Origin: Desulfobacteraceae bacterium
GTDB taxonomy: Bacteria; Desulfobacterota; Desulfobacteria; Desulfobacterales; ETH-SRB1
Assembly: GCA_030593145.1 (NCBI GenBank)
Contig: JAUVHU010000005.1
Coordinates: 1,502 to 65,501, forward strand
Length of the DNA: 64,000 nucleotides
Direction: 5' to 3'
Shown: positions 35,923 to 44,309 of the stretch, piece after piece
How the letters are laid out: the number at the start of each line of letters is the position of its first letter
How positions within the stretch are numbered: the stretch's first letter is position 1
The notes under the pieces: generated by a model
Databases searched by the model: none
What the model was told of the DNA's origin: nothing
The model's input: the letters and a program-made list of their open reading frames with translations, nothing else
Translations under genes and position numbers: made by a program

Positions 35923-35986
35923 AACAGGTAGGGAAGTGAGATAATTGTTCAAGTAAACAGCCTAAGTAGTTAAGGAGGTTGAAATC

Positions 35987-36289
35987 ATGGTCAGATCGCT
36001 TGATGTGCAGCAGATATTATTGCAATCCAATGCGATTGAGCGTGTTCAGCAGATTCAACAGCACCAGACCGAAGTTCAGCAGAAACATTTTGAAGCTCAA
36101 CTGGCCAAAGATAAGAGGGAGCTGAAAGAAAAAGTTAAAGATCTTGAAGAAACAGAGCGGCTTATGATCAAAGAGGAAGAGGAGCGGGCTAAGAGGGAAA
36201 AGAACACGGGAGAAAACAGTGCAAAAAAGAAAAAAGATGGCGCTGATGCTGCCGATAAACCCTTGGGAAAAATAGATATAAGGGTATAA
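35987..36289 (+). CDS. Hypothetical Q/E/K-rich coiled-coil protein (100 aa).
   Basis: ORF track. An AAGGAGG SD lies 7 nt upstream, and the stop is coupled to the next ATG (TAAGATG). No protein family recognised. Confidence 0.5.
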   Translation: MVRSLDVQQILLQSNAIERVQQIQQHQTEVQQKHFEAQLAKDKRELKEKVKDLEETERLMIKEEEERAKREKNTGENSAKKKKDGADAADKPLGKIDIRV

Positions 36290-36290
36290 G

Positions 36291-36758
36291 ATGAGCATAG
36301 AGTTTATGTTGGGGCTTCAGATCTTTGCAGATATAGCGTTGTGTCTTGCCATTGTATTTCTTATACGGACGGCAAGCAGAGAAATAAAAAAGAGGCCCCA
36401 GGGAATAAGCGCAAAAACTTTTTCTGAATTCAGTAAGTTGATTGAAGACTCCAGACGTTCTACTGATGATCTTTTTCATGCTTTAAACGAAGTGAAGGGA
36501 GTTGTATATGTTCTGAATGAAAAAGAGAATCGATTGAAAACCCTCATAAAAGAATCAGATGCCATGTTAGAAGATCGAAAGTCAGGAGATTCAAACTGCG
36601 GGGAAAAGTATGAAGATGTTATAAAAATGGCCGGACAGGGACTGAATGAAAAAGAGATAGCCGACATGTTGAATCTAACTGAAGGAGAGATATGTCTTAT
36701 TTTAGATCTTCATCGAAAAAAGAATGAAAATTCTTACTCCCACAATACCATCCCATAA
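36291..36758 (+). CDS. DUF2802-like small membrane protein (N-terminal TM, C-terminal helix-turn-helix-like tail).
   Basis: The TM is LGLQIFADIALCLAIVFLI. The C-terminus YEDVIKMAGQGLNEKEIADMLNLTEGEICLILDLHR resembles, from my memory, the DUF2802 tail seen in flagellar and che clusters. Confidence 0.5.
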   Translation: MSIEFMLGLQIFADIALCLAIVFLIRTASREIKKRPQGISAKTFSEFSKLIEDSRRSTDDLFHALNEVKGVVYVLNEKENRLKTLIKESDAMLEDRKSGDSNCGEKYEDVIKMAGQGLNEKEIADMLNLTEGEICLILDLHRKKNENSYSHNTIP

Positions 36759-37815
36759 TTCAAATCACTTGTTGCAAATTCAAAAAAAAGCGGAATTTTT
36801 GCCTCCTCTTTCTGTTGGCGAAGTGGTGGAAGCGGAAATCATGGAAACCTCTCGTTACGGGAAGGCGCTGATTTTGCTGAAAAACAGCAGAGTTATGGTG
36901 GATTCCGGGCTGTTGCTTAAAAAAGGGGAAAAGATTGCGGTAAGGGTAACGCAACTGCATCCTGGTGTTATCCTTCATATAGTCCGGAATGAGGTGTCGC
37001 AAAATTCCAGGTTGATGGATTATTTTAGATTCTACCGTTCAAACCCTAAGGCTCTCTTTGAGTTTCTCATAGAGGGTATTGACAGGTTCAGTCCTGAAAA
37101 TTTAGGGGAACTTGCAGAGCGCCTCGAAAAAGAAGATGTCAGAAATATACAAAACATATTAAAATCTCTGATATTTTCCAGGAAAAGTTTGAAACGCCCA
37201 CTCTTTTTTAGAGATTATGTCTCTAAATTCAGCTACTTGATGGAGAAAAATAATGCCTCTCAAAATTTGAAGGGACTCTTGATAAGGATGTTGGGCAGGC
37301 TTCAGTTATTAATGGAAACCAGAAATCTTCCCGCAGCGGAAAAACTTGCCGGATTTGTCCGTTCTTCTTTGCAAGTAATTGACTCTCATCAGGTGATAAA
37401 TTATTTGTTTCATGAATATGAGGGTAAATATATGTTTCAAGTCCCTCTGCTGTTTCCGGAGAATATGGGCATGGCGCAGATATTTGTGAAATTTGGAGAT
37501 CGTGATTCAAAGGGTAAGGGCCGCCGGAACGAGAAAAATGTGTTGTTTTTGCTGAATATGGATGTCCTGGGTGATATTATTGTCGAAGCAAAGATTAAAA
37601 CAAAGAAAATAAGCTGTGTATTGAAATGTAAGGATGAAAATATATGTAATTTTATTAGATTGTTTTTAGAAGAACTTGGAGAAAAGCTCACAGCTTTAGG
37701 ATATGACATAGATTATTTGACGTGTGTGACAGAGAAGGATGATTTAAAAATAAAGGCTGAATATCGCGAGTTTCAAAACTTGTTTGCCATGGAAAGTGTG
37801 GATATTCTGGTATGA
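36724..37815 (+). CDS. FliK-like protein (second Flg_hook-type domain protein).
   Basis: The C-terminal part LFLLNMDVLGDIIVEAKIKTKKISCVLKCKDENICNFIRLFLEELGEKLTALGYDI fits the L.P..LG...v.......v.f......v...l......L...L...G pattern of FliK C-domains. It is translationally coupled (ATGA) to the FlhB-C-like gene. Confidence 0.5.
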   Translation: MKILTPTIPSHNSNHLLQIQKKAEFLPPLSVGEVVEAEIMETSRYGKALILLKNSRVMVDSGLLLKKGEKIAVRVTQLHPGVILHIVRNEVSQNSRLMDYFRFYRSNPKALFEFLIEGIDRFSPENLGELAERLEKEDVRNIQNILKSLIFSRKSLKRPLFFRDYVSKFSYLMEKNNASQNLKGLLIRMLGRLQLLMETRNLPAAEKLAGFVRSSLQVIDSHQVINYLFHEYEGKYMFQVPLLFPENMGMAQIFVKFGDRDSKGKGRRNEKNVLFLLNMDVLGDIIVEAKIKTKKISCVLKCKDENICNFIRLFLEELGEKLTALGYDIDYLTCVTEKDDLKIKAEYREFQNLFAMESVDILV

Positions 37816-38102
37816 ACAAAGACAAAAGAGAGACAACAATTGCCGCCGCTCTAAAATATGACGGAAACAGTAATTCGGCGCCGAAGGTTACAGCGAGGGG
37901 AAGAGGCGCCATTGCTGAAAAGATTATAGAACTTGCAAAAAAACATAAGGTGCCGATAAAGGAAGATCCGGCTTTGGCACAGATCCTGAGCCGGCTTGAT
38001 ATAGATGAACAAATCCCTTCTGAGCTTTACAAGGCCGTTGCTGAAATCCTGGCCTTTGTTTATTCAATCAATGAACGGTACAGGGAGCAGGGAAAAAGAT
38101 GA
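37812..38102 (+). CDS. Stand-alone FlhB C-terminal (CC subdomain) homolog, YlqH/EscU-C-like, without an NPTH site.
   Basis: AALKYDGNSNSAPKVTARGRGAIAEKIIELAKKHKVPIKEDPALAQILSRLDIDEQIPSELYKAVAEILAFVYS aligns residue for residue with FlhB 28520-28745 (ALCYDQASASAPKVVAKGAGFIAENIKEIA..LYKAVAEVLAFVYS). Confidence 0.85.
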   Translation: MNKDKRETTIAAALKYDGNSNSAPKVTARGRGAIAEKIIELAKKHKVPIKEDPALAQILSRLDIDEQIPSELYKAVAEILAFVYSINERYREQGKR

Positions 38103-38300
38103 ACATCGAAGATCGAACGTCCAACATCGAATGTTGAATGGGAAAAGACAAGAAAAAAATGAACATCTAAAAAAAAACAGAAATAGCTGTTGAATGTTCG
38201 GTATTGGTTTTTCATTCGATTTTAGAATAATTTGAGGAGCGGAGCGACATCATTATTCGATGTTCGACGTTCAATGTTCGATGTTGGACGTTAATCTTTA
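38092..38300 (+). repeat. Family A element, copy A5. It supplies the TGA stop of the FlhB-C-like gene.
   Basis: AAAAAGATGAACATCGAAGATCGAACGTCCAACATCGAATGTTGAATGGGAAAAGAC.. GGTATTGGTTTTTCATTCGATTTTAGAATAATTTGAGGAGCGGAGCGACATCATTATTCGATGTTCGACGTTCAATGTTCGATGTTGGACGTTAATCTTT. Confidence 0.9.
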
Positions 38301-38446
38301 AATTGTGACCCCTAAACTACTCGACTACCTTTATAAAAGGGCCCGCCAAACAGGAAAAAATTTCCTATTATAAACTAAATTGCTTATCTCCTGATGCTAA
38401 TTACCTCGTCAAACAGAGCAGTTTTTGACATTCATTCCGACTTCCG

Positions 38447-38529
38447 TTCTCTGCTCCCTGCTCTTAGCTCCACGCTCTCCGCTCCCTGCTCTTAGCCCCT
38501 TGCTTTCTGCTCCACGCTCTCCGCTCCTT
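38447..38529. repeat. C-rich word arm (CTGCTCCCTGCTCTTAGCTCCACGCTCTCCGCTCC x2) abutting the flgF sigma54 promoter.
   Basis: It ends at the nucleotide before the TGGCAT at 38530. Its reverse complement words (GAGCAGGGAGCGGAGAGCG) occur in the cheA coding sequence at 57305-57392. Confidence 0.85.
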
Positions 38530-38545
38530 TGGCATACAAATTGCT
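38530..38545 (+). promoter_or_regulatory. Sigma54 promoter of the flgF-flgJ block.
   Basis: TGGCAT-ACAAA-TTGCT with exact spacing, 33 nt upstream of the flgF ATG 38578, which has a GGAGG SD. Confidence 0.7.
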
Positions 38546-38577
38546 TTACTTCACATACAGAAGAGGAGGCAGGAGAC

Positions 38578-39291
38578 ATGATTAACGGTATTGAGATATT
38601 GGCAAATGCGGCTATAAGTCAGATTAGCCGGCTTGATTGCGTTACGCACAATATTGCCAATGTTAACACTCCGGGTTTTAAGGCAGAGCGGTTCCATTTT
38701 TTAGAGGCAATCTCCGAAAAGATGGCGAAGGAAGGCAGACCTGCGCAGAGAACGGCAACAAGTGTCAATTATTCCCGTGGAATTATACAGAAAACCGGCA
38801 ATGTTCTTGATCTGGCAATAGACGGGAAGGGATTTTTTGCTATTCAGACAAAAGCCGGTGTCGCCTATACGAAAGATGGAAGGTTTACGCTCAATAAGAA
38901 CGGAGAGCTGGTTACACAGGCCGGAGATTATGTTCTTGGCAGGGGTGGAAAAATTACCATTGGGGGAAATGACATCCAGATAAGTAAAGAAGGTGTGATA
39001 AGTGTGGATGGCGATGAAGTTGATGCATTGAAGATCGAAAACTTTCGTGAACTATCTGCTCTTGTTAAGATTAATACTGGTCTCTATCGTAATCCTGATA
39101 ATTTAGCAGGAGCAAAAAAAGAAGAGAATGTATATGTTCAATCCGGATATCTTGAACTTTCCAATGTCCAGGCTATAAGAGAAATGGTCGAAATGATTAA
39201 TATACAACGCACTTTTGAATCATACCAGAAAGCGATTCAGACCATATCGGAACAGGATAGATCATCAACAACCCGCATCGGGAGACTGTAA
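38578..39291 (+). CDS. flgF: Flagellar basal-body rod protein FlgF.
   Basis: Motifs are VTHNIANVNTPGFKAER, DLAIDGKGFFAIQT, and a C-terminal EMVEMINIQRTFESYQKAIQT. The ORF-track start 38425 lies upstream of the promoter, so ATG 38578 is used. Confidence 0.85.
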   Translation: MINGIEILANAAISQISRLDCVTHNIANVNTPGFKAERFHFLEAISEKMAKEGRPAQRTATSVNYSRGIIQKTGNVLDLAIDGKGFFAIQTKAGVAYTKDGRFTLNKNGELVTQAGDYVLGRGGKITIGGNDIQISKEGVISVDGDEVDALKIENFRELSALVKINTGLYRNPDNLAGAKKEENVYVQSGYLELSNVQAIREMVEMINIQRTFESYQKAIQTISEQDRSSTTRIGRL

Positions 39292-39314
39292 CAAAGACTG
39301 AAGGGAGGATTAAC

Positions 39315-40097
39315 ATGATAAGGGCTTTATGGACGGCCGCAACCGGCATGGAGGCGCAGCAGATAAGCCAGGACGTTGTTGCGAATAACCTGGCCAATAT
39401 CAATACCGTTGGATTTAAAAAGGCAAGGGCCGATTTTCAGGATCTCATGTATCAGATATCTTCGAAATCAGGGGCCGAGACATCCGGCGGAGGTCAGCTG
39501 CCGGTGGGTATGGAGGTCGGTATGGGCGTAAAACCGGTGGCTGTTCAAAAAATGTTTACCCAGGGTGATTATATGCAGACAGGCAATAAATTTGACTGGG
39601 CTATTGAGGGGGATGGGTTTTTTCAGCTTGATGATAATGGGCGTACTGTTTACACACGTGCGGGCAGTTTCAGGACTGACAAGGATGGCGTGCTGTGCAA
39701 TGCAGAAGGGCTTAAATTAACACCCGAAGTTTCCATACCTGCGGAAATGGTACATTTTACCATTGACAGCGGAGGCACATGGACAGCAGCAGACGGGCAA
39801 GGCACTTCCTTGGGAACCGGCAGGATAGAGCTTGCCAGGTTTATCAACCCAGCCGGACTTACCAGTCTGGGAAGAAATCTCTATGACGAAACAGACGCAT
39901 CCGGTTCCGCCACTGCCGGGAATCCAGGAGAAGATGGGGCCGGCACCATTTCACAGAATTTCCTGGAGATGTCAAATGTAAATGTTGTGGATGAGATGGT
40001 CAAGATGATTGTGGGCCAGAGAGCATACGAGATAAATTCAAAGGCAATCCAGACAGCGGATGCGATGCTGCAGATGGCTAACAGCCTCAAGAGGTAA
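39315..40097 (+). CDS. flgG: Flagellar distal rod protein FlgG.
   Basis: 260 aa. Motifs are MIRALWTAATGMEAQQ..VANNLANINTVGFKK and a C-terminal EMVKMIVGQRAYEINSKAIQTADAMLQMA. Confidence 0.95.
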   Translation: MIRALWTAATGMEAQQISQDVVANNLANINTVGFKKARADFQDLMYQISSKSGAETSGGGQLPVGMEVGMGVKPVAVQKMFTQGDYMQTGNKFDWAIEGDGFFQLDDNGRTVYTRAGSFRTDKDGVLCNAEGLKLTPEVSIPAEMVHFTIDSGGTWTAADGQGTSLGTGRIELARFINPAGLTSLGRNLYDETDASGSATAGNPGEDGAGTISQNFLEMSNVNVVDEMVKMIVGQRAYEINSKAIQTADAMLQMANSLKR

Positions 40098-40129
40098 GGA
40101 TTAGGGGATTAAAGGAGTAAGGAGTGAGA

Positions 40130-40858
40130 ATGTCACGCAAAATACATAACATAGCTTTCTTAATTGCGAGTGTTGTTTCACTGTTTCTTTTCAACAGTTA
40201 TCTGTACGCGGCTCCTGCAGCAGTGATAAAAGGGGAAACGATAAATGCGGCTGTTAGAGCATATATTGAAAATAACATGCCCTGGCCGAAAAGCGTTGTG
40301 CGGGTGGAATTCCCCGCCAGGGTGGCTGATTTGAAACTGACAGGAAAAAAAATCACCTATCGGGTCATGAGCAGAAGGAATGAGGATTTTATAGGAGATT
40401 CTTCCTTTACCGTCAGGTGCTATGAAAATGGCGCATTTTTGAACGGAAAGACTGTCAGAGCAAGGATAGAGGTGCTGATGGATGTTGTGGTCAGCACAAA
40501 GTCTCTTTCTAAAAATGGCAGGATTAACCGTGATGATGTGAGATTGGTCAAAAGGTGGTTTAACCGCTTGCCCTCAAATATTATCTCGAGTCATGATGCT
40601 GTTGTGGGTATGAAACTTCGCACAAATGTTAAACCAAACGCTGAAATAACCGGGAATATGGTGAGAAGGATACCGATGGTAAAGAGGGGGAAGCCGGTAA
40701 GAATTGTTTTTGAAAACGGCTCAATGAGAATAACGACCATTGGACTGTCAGAGCAGGATGGAATGCACGGGGAGTTGATAAAGGTCAGAAATGTATCGTC
40801 TAAAAATATGATTTATGCCAGGGTGACGGGTAATTCTCTGGTGAAGGTGGATTTTTAA
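40130..40858 (+). CDS. flgA: P-ring assembly chaperone FlgA.
   Basis: There is a signal-like N-terminus. The SAF/FlgA C-terminus is VVGMKLRTNVKPNAEITGNMVRRIPMVKRGKPVRIVFENGSMRITTIGLSEQDGMHGELIKVRN. ATG 40130 lies 6 nt after AAGGAG. Confidence 0.8.
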   Translation: MSRKIHNIAFLIASVVSLFLFNSYLYAAPAAVIKGETINAAVRAYIENNMPWPKSVVRVEFPARVADLKLTGKKITYRVMSRRNEDFIGDSSFTVRCYENGAFLNGKTVRARIEVLMDVVVSTKSLSKNGRINRDDVRLVKRWFNRLPSNIISSHDAVVGMKLRTNVKPNAEITGNMVRRIPMVKRGKPVRIVFENGSMRITTIGLSEQDGMHGELIKVRNVSSKNMIYARVTGNSLVKVDF

Positions 40859-40859
40859 T

Positions 40860-41615
40860 ATGAAATCAAATAATAACAACCACTCGATCACTCGACCACT
40901 CAACATAGTCTTGATGGGTATCCTTTTCTTGTTCGTTATTGCCGGATGTTCTTCAAACATTAATATGGTAAAAAAAGATGAACCTGTTCCGGTTCCAAAG
41001 GAGAAAATATCGCTTCCGCCTACAGGATCAATCTGGCCCGGCGAAAATGCGAAAAATTCGCTCTTTACCGATAATAAAGCAAGGCATGTTGATGATATCA
41101 TTACAATAGTCATAGACGAGTATTCCTCGGGCAGCAATTCAGCCGATACAAGCACCAGCAGAGACACCAAAACTCTTGCGGGAATATCTTCCCTCCTCGG
41201 GATGGATAGACAGATCGCCAGGAGAAACAAGGATCTTACAAATGGAGTAGATATACATACTCCGGGGCTTCTCCCATCAATTCAGGTTGGCGGCACTTCC
41301 AAAAACAGTCTCACAGGCAAGGGCAAAACGAGCCGTGATGGTACATTAGAGGCAAAGATAACAGCTAAGGTTGTCAGGGTACTCTCCAATGGCAATCTCG
41401 CCATAGAGGGGAGACGGCGGTTGGCTATAAATGCCGAAGATCAGTACATTGTTGTTTCCGGCATTATCAGACCCGAGGATATTACCTCGGACAATGTTGT
41501 ATCATCACAGTACATTGCCGATGCAAAGATTGTTTATACAGGCAGTGGCGTGATTAATGACAAAATGAGACCGGGCTGGCTGACGCGCGTTGTGGATTGG
41601 GCATGGCCGTTTTAA
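40860..41615 (+). CDS. flgH: L-ring lipoprotein FlgH.
   Basis: The lipobox is LFLFVIAGC. Conserved motifs are DIITIVIDE and LAIEGRRRLAINAEDQYIVVSGIIRPEDI. The first ~15 codons consist of family C words (AACCACTCGATCACTCGACCACTC). ATG 40914 is an alternative start. Confidence 0.9.
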   Translation: MKSNNNNHSITRPLNIVLMGILFLFVIAGCSSNINMVKKDEPVPVPKEKISLPPTGSIWPGENAKNSLFTDNKARHVDDIITIVIDEYSSGSNSADTSTSRDTKTLAGISSLLGMDRQIARRNKDLTNGVDIHTPGLLPSIQVGGTSKNSLTGKGKTSRDGTLEAKITAKVVRVLSNGNLAIEGRRRLAINAEDQYIVVSGIIRPEDITSDNVVSSQYIADAKIVYTGSGVINDKMRPGWLTRVVDWAWPF

Positions 41616-41702
41616 GGGGTCAGGGCTCGGGGATTAGCGGGTCAGAGATTGAGGGATTAGAAGGTTAAAGGTCGGAGAACCAATAACGGTGAACGGTTAT
41701 CT
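41616..41702 (+). repeat. Family B G-rich arm plus an AACGGTGAACGGTT mini-hairpin before flgI.
   Basis: GGGGTCAGGGCTCGGGGATTAGCGGGTCAGAGATTGAGGGATTAGAAGGTTAAAGGTCGGAGAACCAATAACGGTGAACGGTTATC. Confidence 0.85.
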
Positions 41703-41717
41703 TGAGAGGATGATTTT

Positions 41718-42896
41718 ATGAAAACAGCAAGAATCTTCACATACGTTGCAATTTCTTTTGCAATTAGTTTTATTGTTGTGTCTCATGCGTACTCTGCCCG
41801 CATCAAGGATATTTCCAGTATCGGCGGGGTCAGGGATAACCAGTTGGTAGGCTATGGTCTGGTAGTTGGTCTGGCCGGAACCGGCGACGATATTGAGAAC
41901 GGATTTACAAAGGAAACCCTTGCCAATATGTTGAGCAGACAGGGGCTTGGGATGAAAGAGGGGTCCAGAAATAACCTGAGTTCAGATAATGTGGCATCAG
42001 TTATGATCAGCGCCGAGCTTCCTCCATTCGCCAAGGTGGGATCGAGAATAGACGTTATGGTTTCATCCATCGGTGATGCAGATAGCCTGCGGGGAGGAAC
42101 TCTTCTTATGACACCGCTCAGTGGGGCGGACGGCAGGGTCTATGCAGTGGCGCAGGGGGCGGTATCTGTCGGAGGTTTTGCCGCAGGCGGAGGAGGCGCG
42201 AGTATTTCCAAGAATCACCCGACTGTTGGTCGGGTTACAAACGGCGCCTTTATCGAGAGGGAATTGGAGTACGATTTTGAAAACAGGAAGTCACTTTCCA
42301 TAAATCTTTATCGACCTGATTTTACGACTGCGACAGGGGTGGCCGCGGCCATAAATGGTGTGATAGCCGGCGTGGAGGCGAAGCTTGTTGATTCATCTAC
42401 CGTTACTGTAAATATAAAGGAATCTTTTAAAGGGAGTATAGTAAAGCTTCTCTCGATTGTTGAAAATATTAATGTTGCGGTTGACTCTCCCGCGGTTGTG
42501 GTCATAGATGAGAAGACCGGCACAATTGTTATGGGAGAAAATGTTAGGATATCCACCGTTGCCGTGGCACATGGGAATTTGTTCATCCAGATAAAGGAAG
42601 AAAAGAAGGTGTCTCAACCCTCCCCATTTGCTCTTGCTCCTCCTGCCGGCGGCGTTCCGGTTGATGTGGGAGCCGGCGCTGTGATCGCTCCTGGAGGACA
42701 GACGGTTGTGACAACCGAAACAGCAATTGGTGTTGAAGAAGAGAAGAATCGCCTGGTGGTAGTACCGAAGGGGGTTACTATTCAGGAGGTTGTAAGGGCG
42801 CTCAACGCAATAGGTGTTACGCCAGGGGATCTGATAACCATATTGCAGACAATCAAATCTGCAGGGGCGCTCCAGGCGGATTTGAAGCTAATATAG
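41718..42896 (+). CDS. flgI: P-ring protein FlgI.
   Basis: 392 aa. After the signal peptide comes RIKDISSIGGVRDNQLVGYGLVVGLAGTGD. The C-terminus is LNAIGVTPGDLITILQTIKSAGALQADLKLI. Confidence 0.95.
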   Translation: MKTARIFTYVAISFAISFIVVSHAYSARIKDISSIGGVRDNQLVGYGLVVGLAGTGDDIENGFTKETLANMLSRQGLGMKEGSRNNLSSDNVASVMISAELPPFAKVGSRIDVMVSSIGDADSLRGGTLLMTPLSGADGRVYAVAQGAVSVGGFAAGGGGASISKNHPTVGRVTNGAFIERELEYDFENRKSLSINLYRPDFTTATGVAAAINGVIAGVEAKLVDSSTVTVNIKESFKGSIVKLLSIVENINVAVDSPAVVVIDEKTGTIVMGENVRISTVAVAHGNLFIQIKEEKKVSQPSPFALAPPAGGVPVDVGAGAVIAPGGQTVVTTETAIGVEEEKNRLVVVPKGVTIQEVVRALNAIGVTPGDLITILQTIKSAGALQADLKLI

Positions 42897-42976
42897 AATT
42901 AGGTGTTAAGTGTTAAGGATTAAGTCGAAGCAATTCTTTGTTTTATCAATCACTTAATGTCTAATACTTAACACAG
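42897..42976 (+). repeat. Family D element, copy D1 (core GTCGAAGCAATTCTTTGTTTTATCAAT).
   Basis: GAATTAGGTGTTAAGTGTTAAGGATTAAGTCGAAGCAATTCTTTGTTTTATCAATCACTTAATGTCTAATACTTAACAC. Confidence 0.9.
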
Positions 42977-42979
42977 TCA

Positions 42980-43336
42980 ATGAGGAACCGGATGGAAGAA
43001 ATAAGATTAAATGGATCACCAATAGTGGTGCTTTCCGGGCAGGAAGAGCCGAACCGGCCTGACCGGCATCATCTGGAAATCAAGGAAGAGAAGCTGAAAA
43101 AAGCGTGTGCTGATTTTGAATCCATCTTCATCAATTTCATGCTTAAGACCATGCGGAATACGGTTCCGCAAAGCGGAACCAACAAGCTTCCCGGCAAGGA
43201 TATTTATGCCGCAATGATTGATCAAAAGGTAGCGGAAGACCTCGCAAAAAGAGGGGGAGGCATAGGCCTTCAGGAAATGCTTTTACGCCAGCTTAAATCG
43301 GGGGGCGGGGATCAGGGGTCAGGGATTAAGGATTAG
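42980..43336 (+). CDS. flgJ: Rod-binding protein (FlgJ N-terminal domain only, no muramidase domain).
   Basis: KLKKACADFESIFINFMLKTMRNTV..DIYAAMIDQKVAEDLAKRGGGIGLQEML matches the rod-binding domain pattern. The C-terminus (GGGDQGSGIKD) is repeat-encoded. Confidence 0.75.
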   Translation: MRNRMEEIRLNGSPIVVLSGQEEPNRPDRHHLEIKEEKLKKACADFESIFINFMLKTMRNTVPQSGTNKLPGKDIYAAMIDQKVAEDLAKRGGGIGLQEMLLRQLKSGGGDQGSGIKD

Positions 43337-43380
43337 GTTGAAGCAATTCTTGGTTTTATCAATTGCTTAACACCTAACAC
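43307..43380 (+). repeat. Family D element, copy D2 (chimeric arms).
   Basis: GGGGATCAGGGGTCAGGGATTAAGGATTAGGTTGAAGCAATTCTTGGTTTTATCAATTGCTTAACACCTAACAC. The right arm complements GTGTTAGGTGTTAAG-type arms (as at 61565), not its own left arm. Confidence 0.85.
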
Positions 43381-43400
43381 TTTTGAACCTGAATAATTAC

Positions 43401-43428
43401 TAAAGTTTTATTACAAACTTGCCGATAT
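43401..43428 (+). promoter_or_regulatory. Sigma28 promoter of the flgM operon.
   Basis: TAAAGTTT-N12-GCCGATAT, i.e. TAAA-N16-GCCGATAT against the consensus TAAA-N15-GCCGATAA. It lies 40 nt upstream of the flgM ATG. flgM is a classical FliA-dependent gene. Confidence 0.75.
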
Positions 43429-43467
43429 TGTTATAAAATGAGGTAAAATAAAAAGGAGGCGTTGCAG

Positions 43468-43776
43468 ATGAAAATTACTGAGACTGGAAATTCTCTGACT
43501 AAGCTCATTTCGCAGTATAAGACAAATGAGAAGAAAGTGAATTCCGAGCCTGAAAAGCAGACGGCTGACAGTGTAGTTCGGGAAGAAAAGGTCAGTTTAT
43601 CCTCCGCGGCAAGGGATATTCAGCAGGCAGAGAAGGCTATCGAAAAACTCCCCGATGTTCGCGAAGAAAAGGTGCGGGAATTACAGGATCAGATAGAAAC
43701 GGGAAGATACGATGTTAGCGGAGAAAAGATTGCCGGAAAAATGATAAGTGAATCACTTATGGATGTCGTGGTTTAA
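43468..43776 (+). CDS. flgM: Anti-sigma28 factor FlgM.
   Basis: The motifs are EKVSLSSAARDI and a C-terminal VRELQDQIETGRYDVSGEKIAGKMI, which is the FlgM signature. An AAGGAGG SD lies 9 nt upstream. Confidence 0.8.
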   Translation: MKITETGNSLTKLISQYKTNEKKVNSEPEKQTADSVVREEKVSLSSAARDIQQAEKAIEKLPDVREEKVRELQDQIETGRYDVSGEKIAGKMISESLMDVVV

Positions 43777-43780
43777 AACA

Positions 43781-44305
43781 ATGAATAATGAACTGCATTT
43801 TCTTTATGACTCTCTTATTTCAGTGCTGAGAAACGAGGTGGATGTTTACAGTAAAATTCACAAATGTTTCCTGAATGAGAGAGAAATTCTGGCGGGATCT
43901 TCTGTGGATGAACTGTATGAAAGCAATTCCAGAAAAGAGACTTGTATTCTGAAGGCCAGGATAGTCGAAGAGGCAAGGACAAAAATAGTTGAGAGAATTA
44001 CTAATGTTCTTAATCTTGATGGAAAAGCTCTCAATAAGGATAGAAGCCTTTCAACGTTGCTGCTTCATGGAGATGACAGCCAGAAAAGGGATCTCGAGGA
44101 ATGCCGGTCAGCGCTCAAATCTCTTTTGATGGACATTCATGGGTTGAACGATAGGAATAAAACGCTGCTCGATTCCTCTCTTTTTTATGTGCGAAAATCT
44201 ATCGATTTTTTAGGGCAGCTTATTTACCCCAACGCAACCTATATGAGTACGGGAAGATTAAAAACAAACAATCTGAATGGAAAGATTGTTTGCAGGGAAG
44301 GATAG
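43781..44305 (+). CDS. flgN: FlgN-like export chaperone.
   Basis: The position between flgM and flgK fits. The helical N-terminus LYDSLISVLRNEVDVYSKIHKCFLNEREIL is of the FlgN type. ATG 43781 lies just after the flgM stop. Confidence 0.6.
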   Translation: MNNELHFLYDSLISVLRNEVDVYSKIHKCFLNEREILAGSSVDELYESNSRKETCILKARIVEEARTKIVERITNVLNLDGKALNKDRSLSTLLLHGDDSQKRDLEECRSALKSLLMDIHGLNDRNKTLLDSSLFYVRKSIDFLGQLIYPNATYMSTGRLKTNNLNGKIVCREG

Positions 44306-44309
44306 GTAA

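Noticed and set aside
43347-43362. Sigma54-like TGGTTT..TTGC inside family D copy D2.
   Set aside because: The GG to GC spacing is one nucleotide too long compared with the six good sites. The other D copies lack the GG, so it looks like a chance feature of the repeat core.
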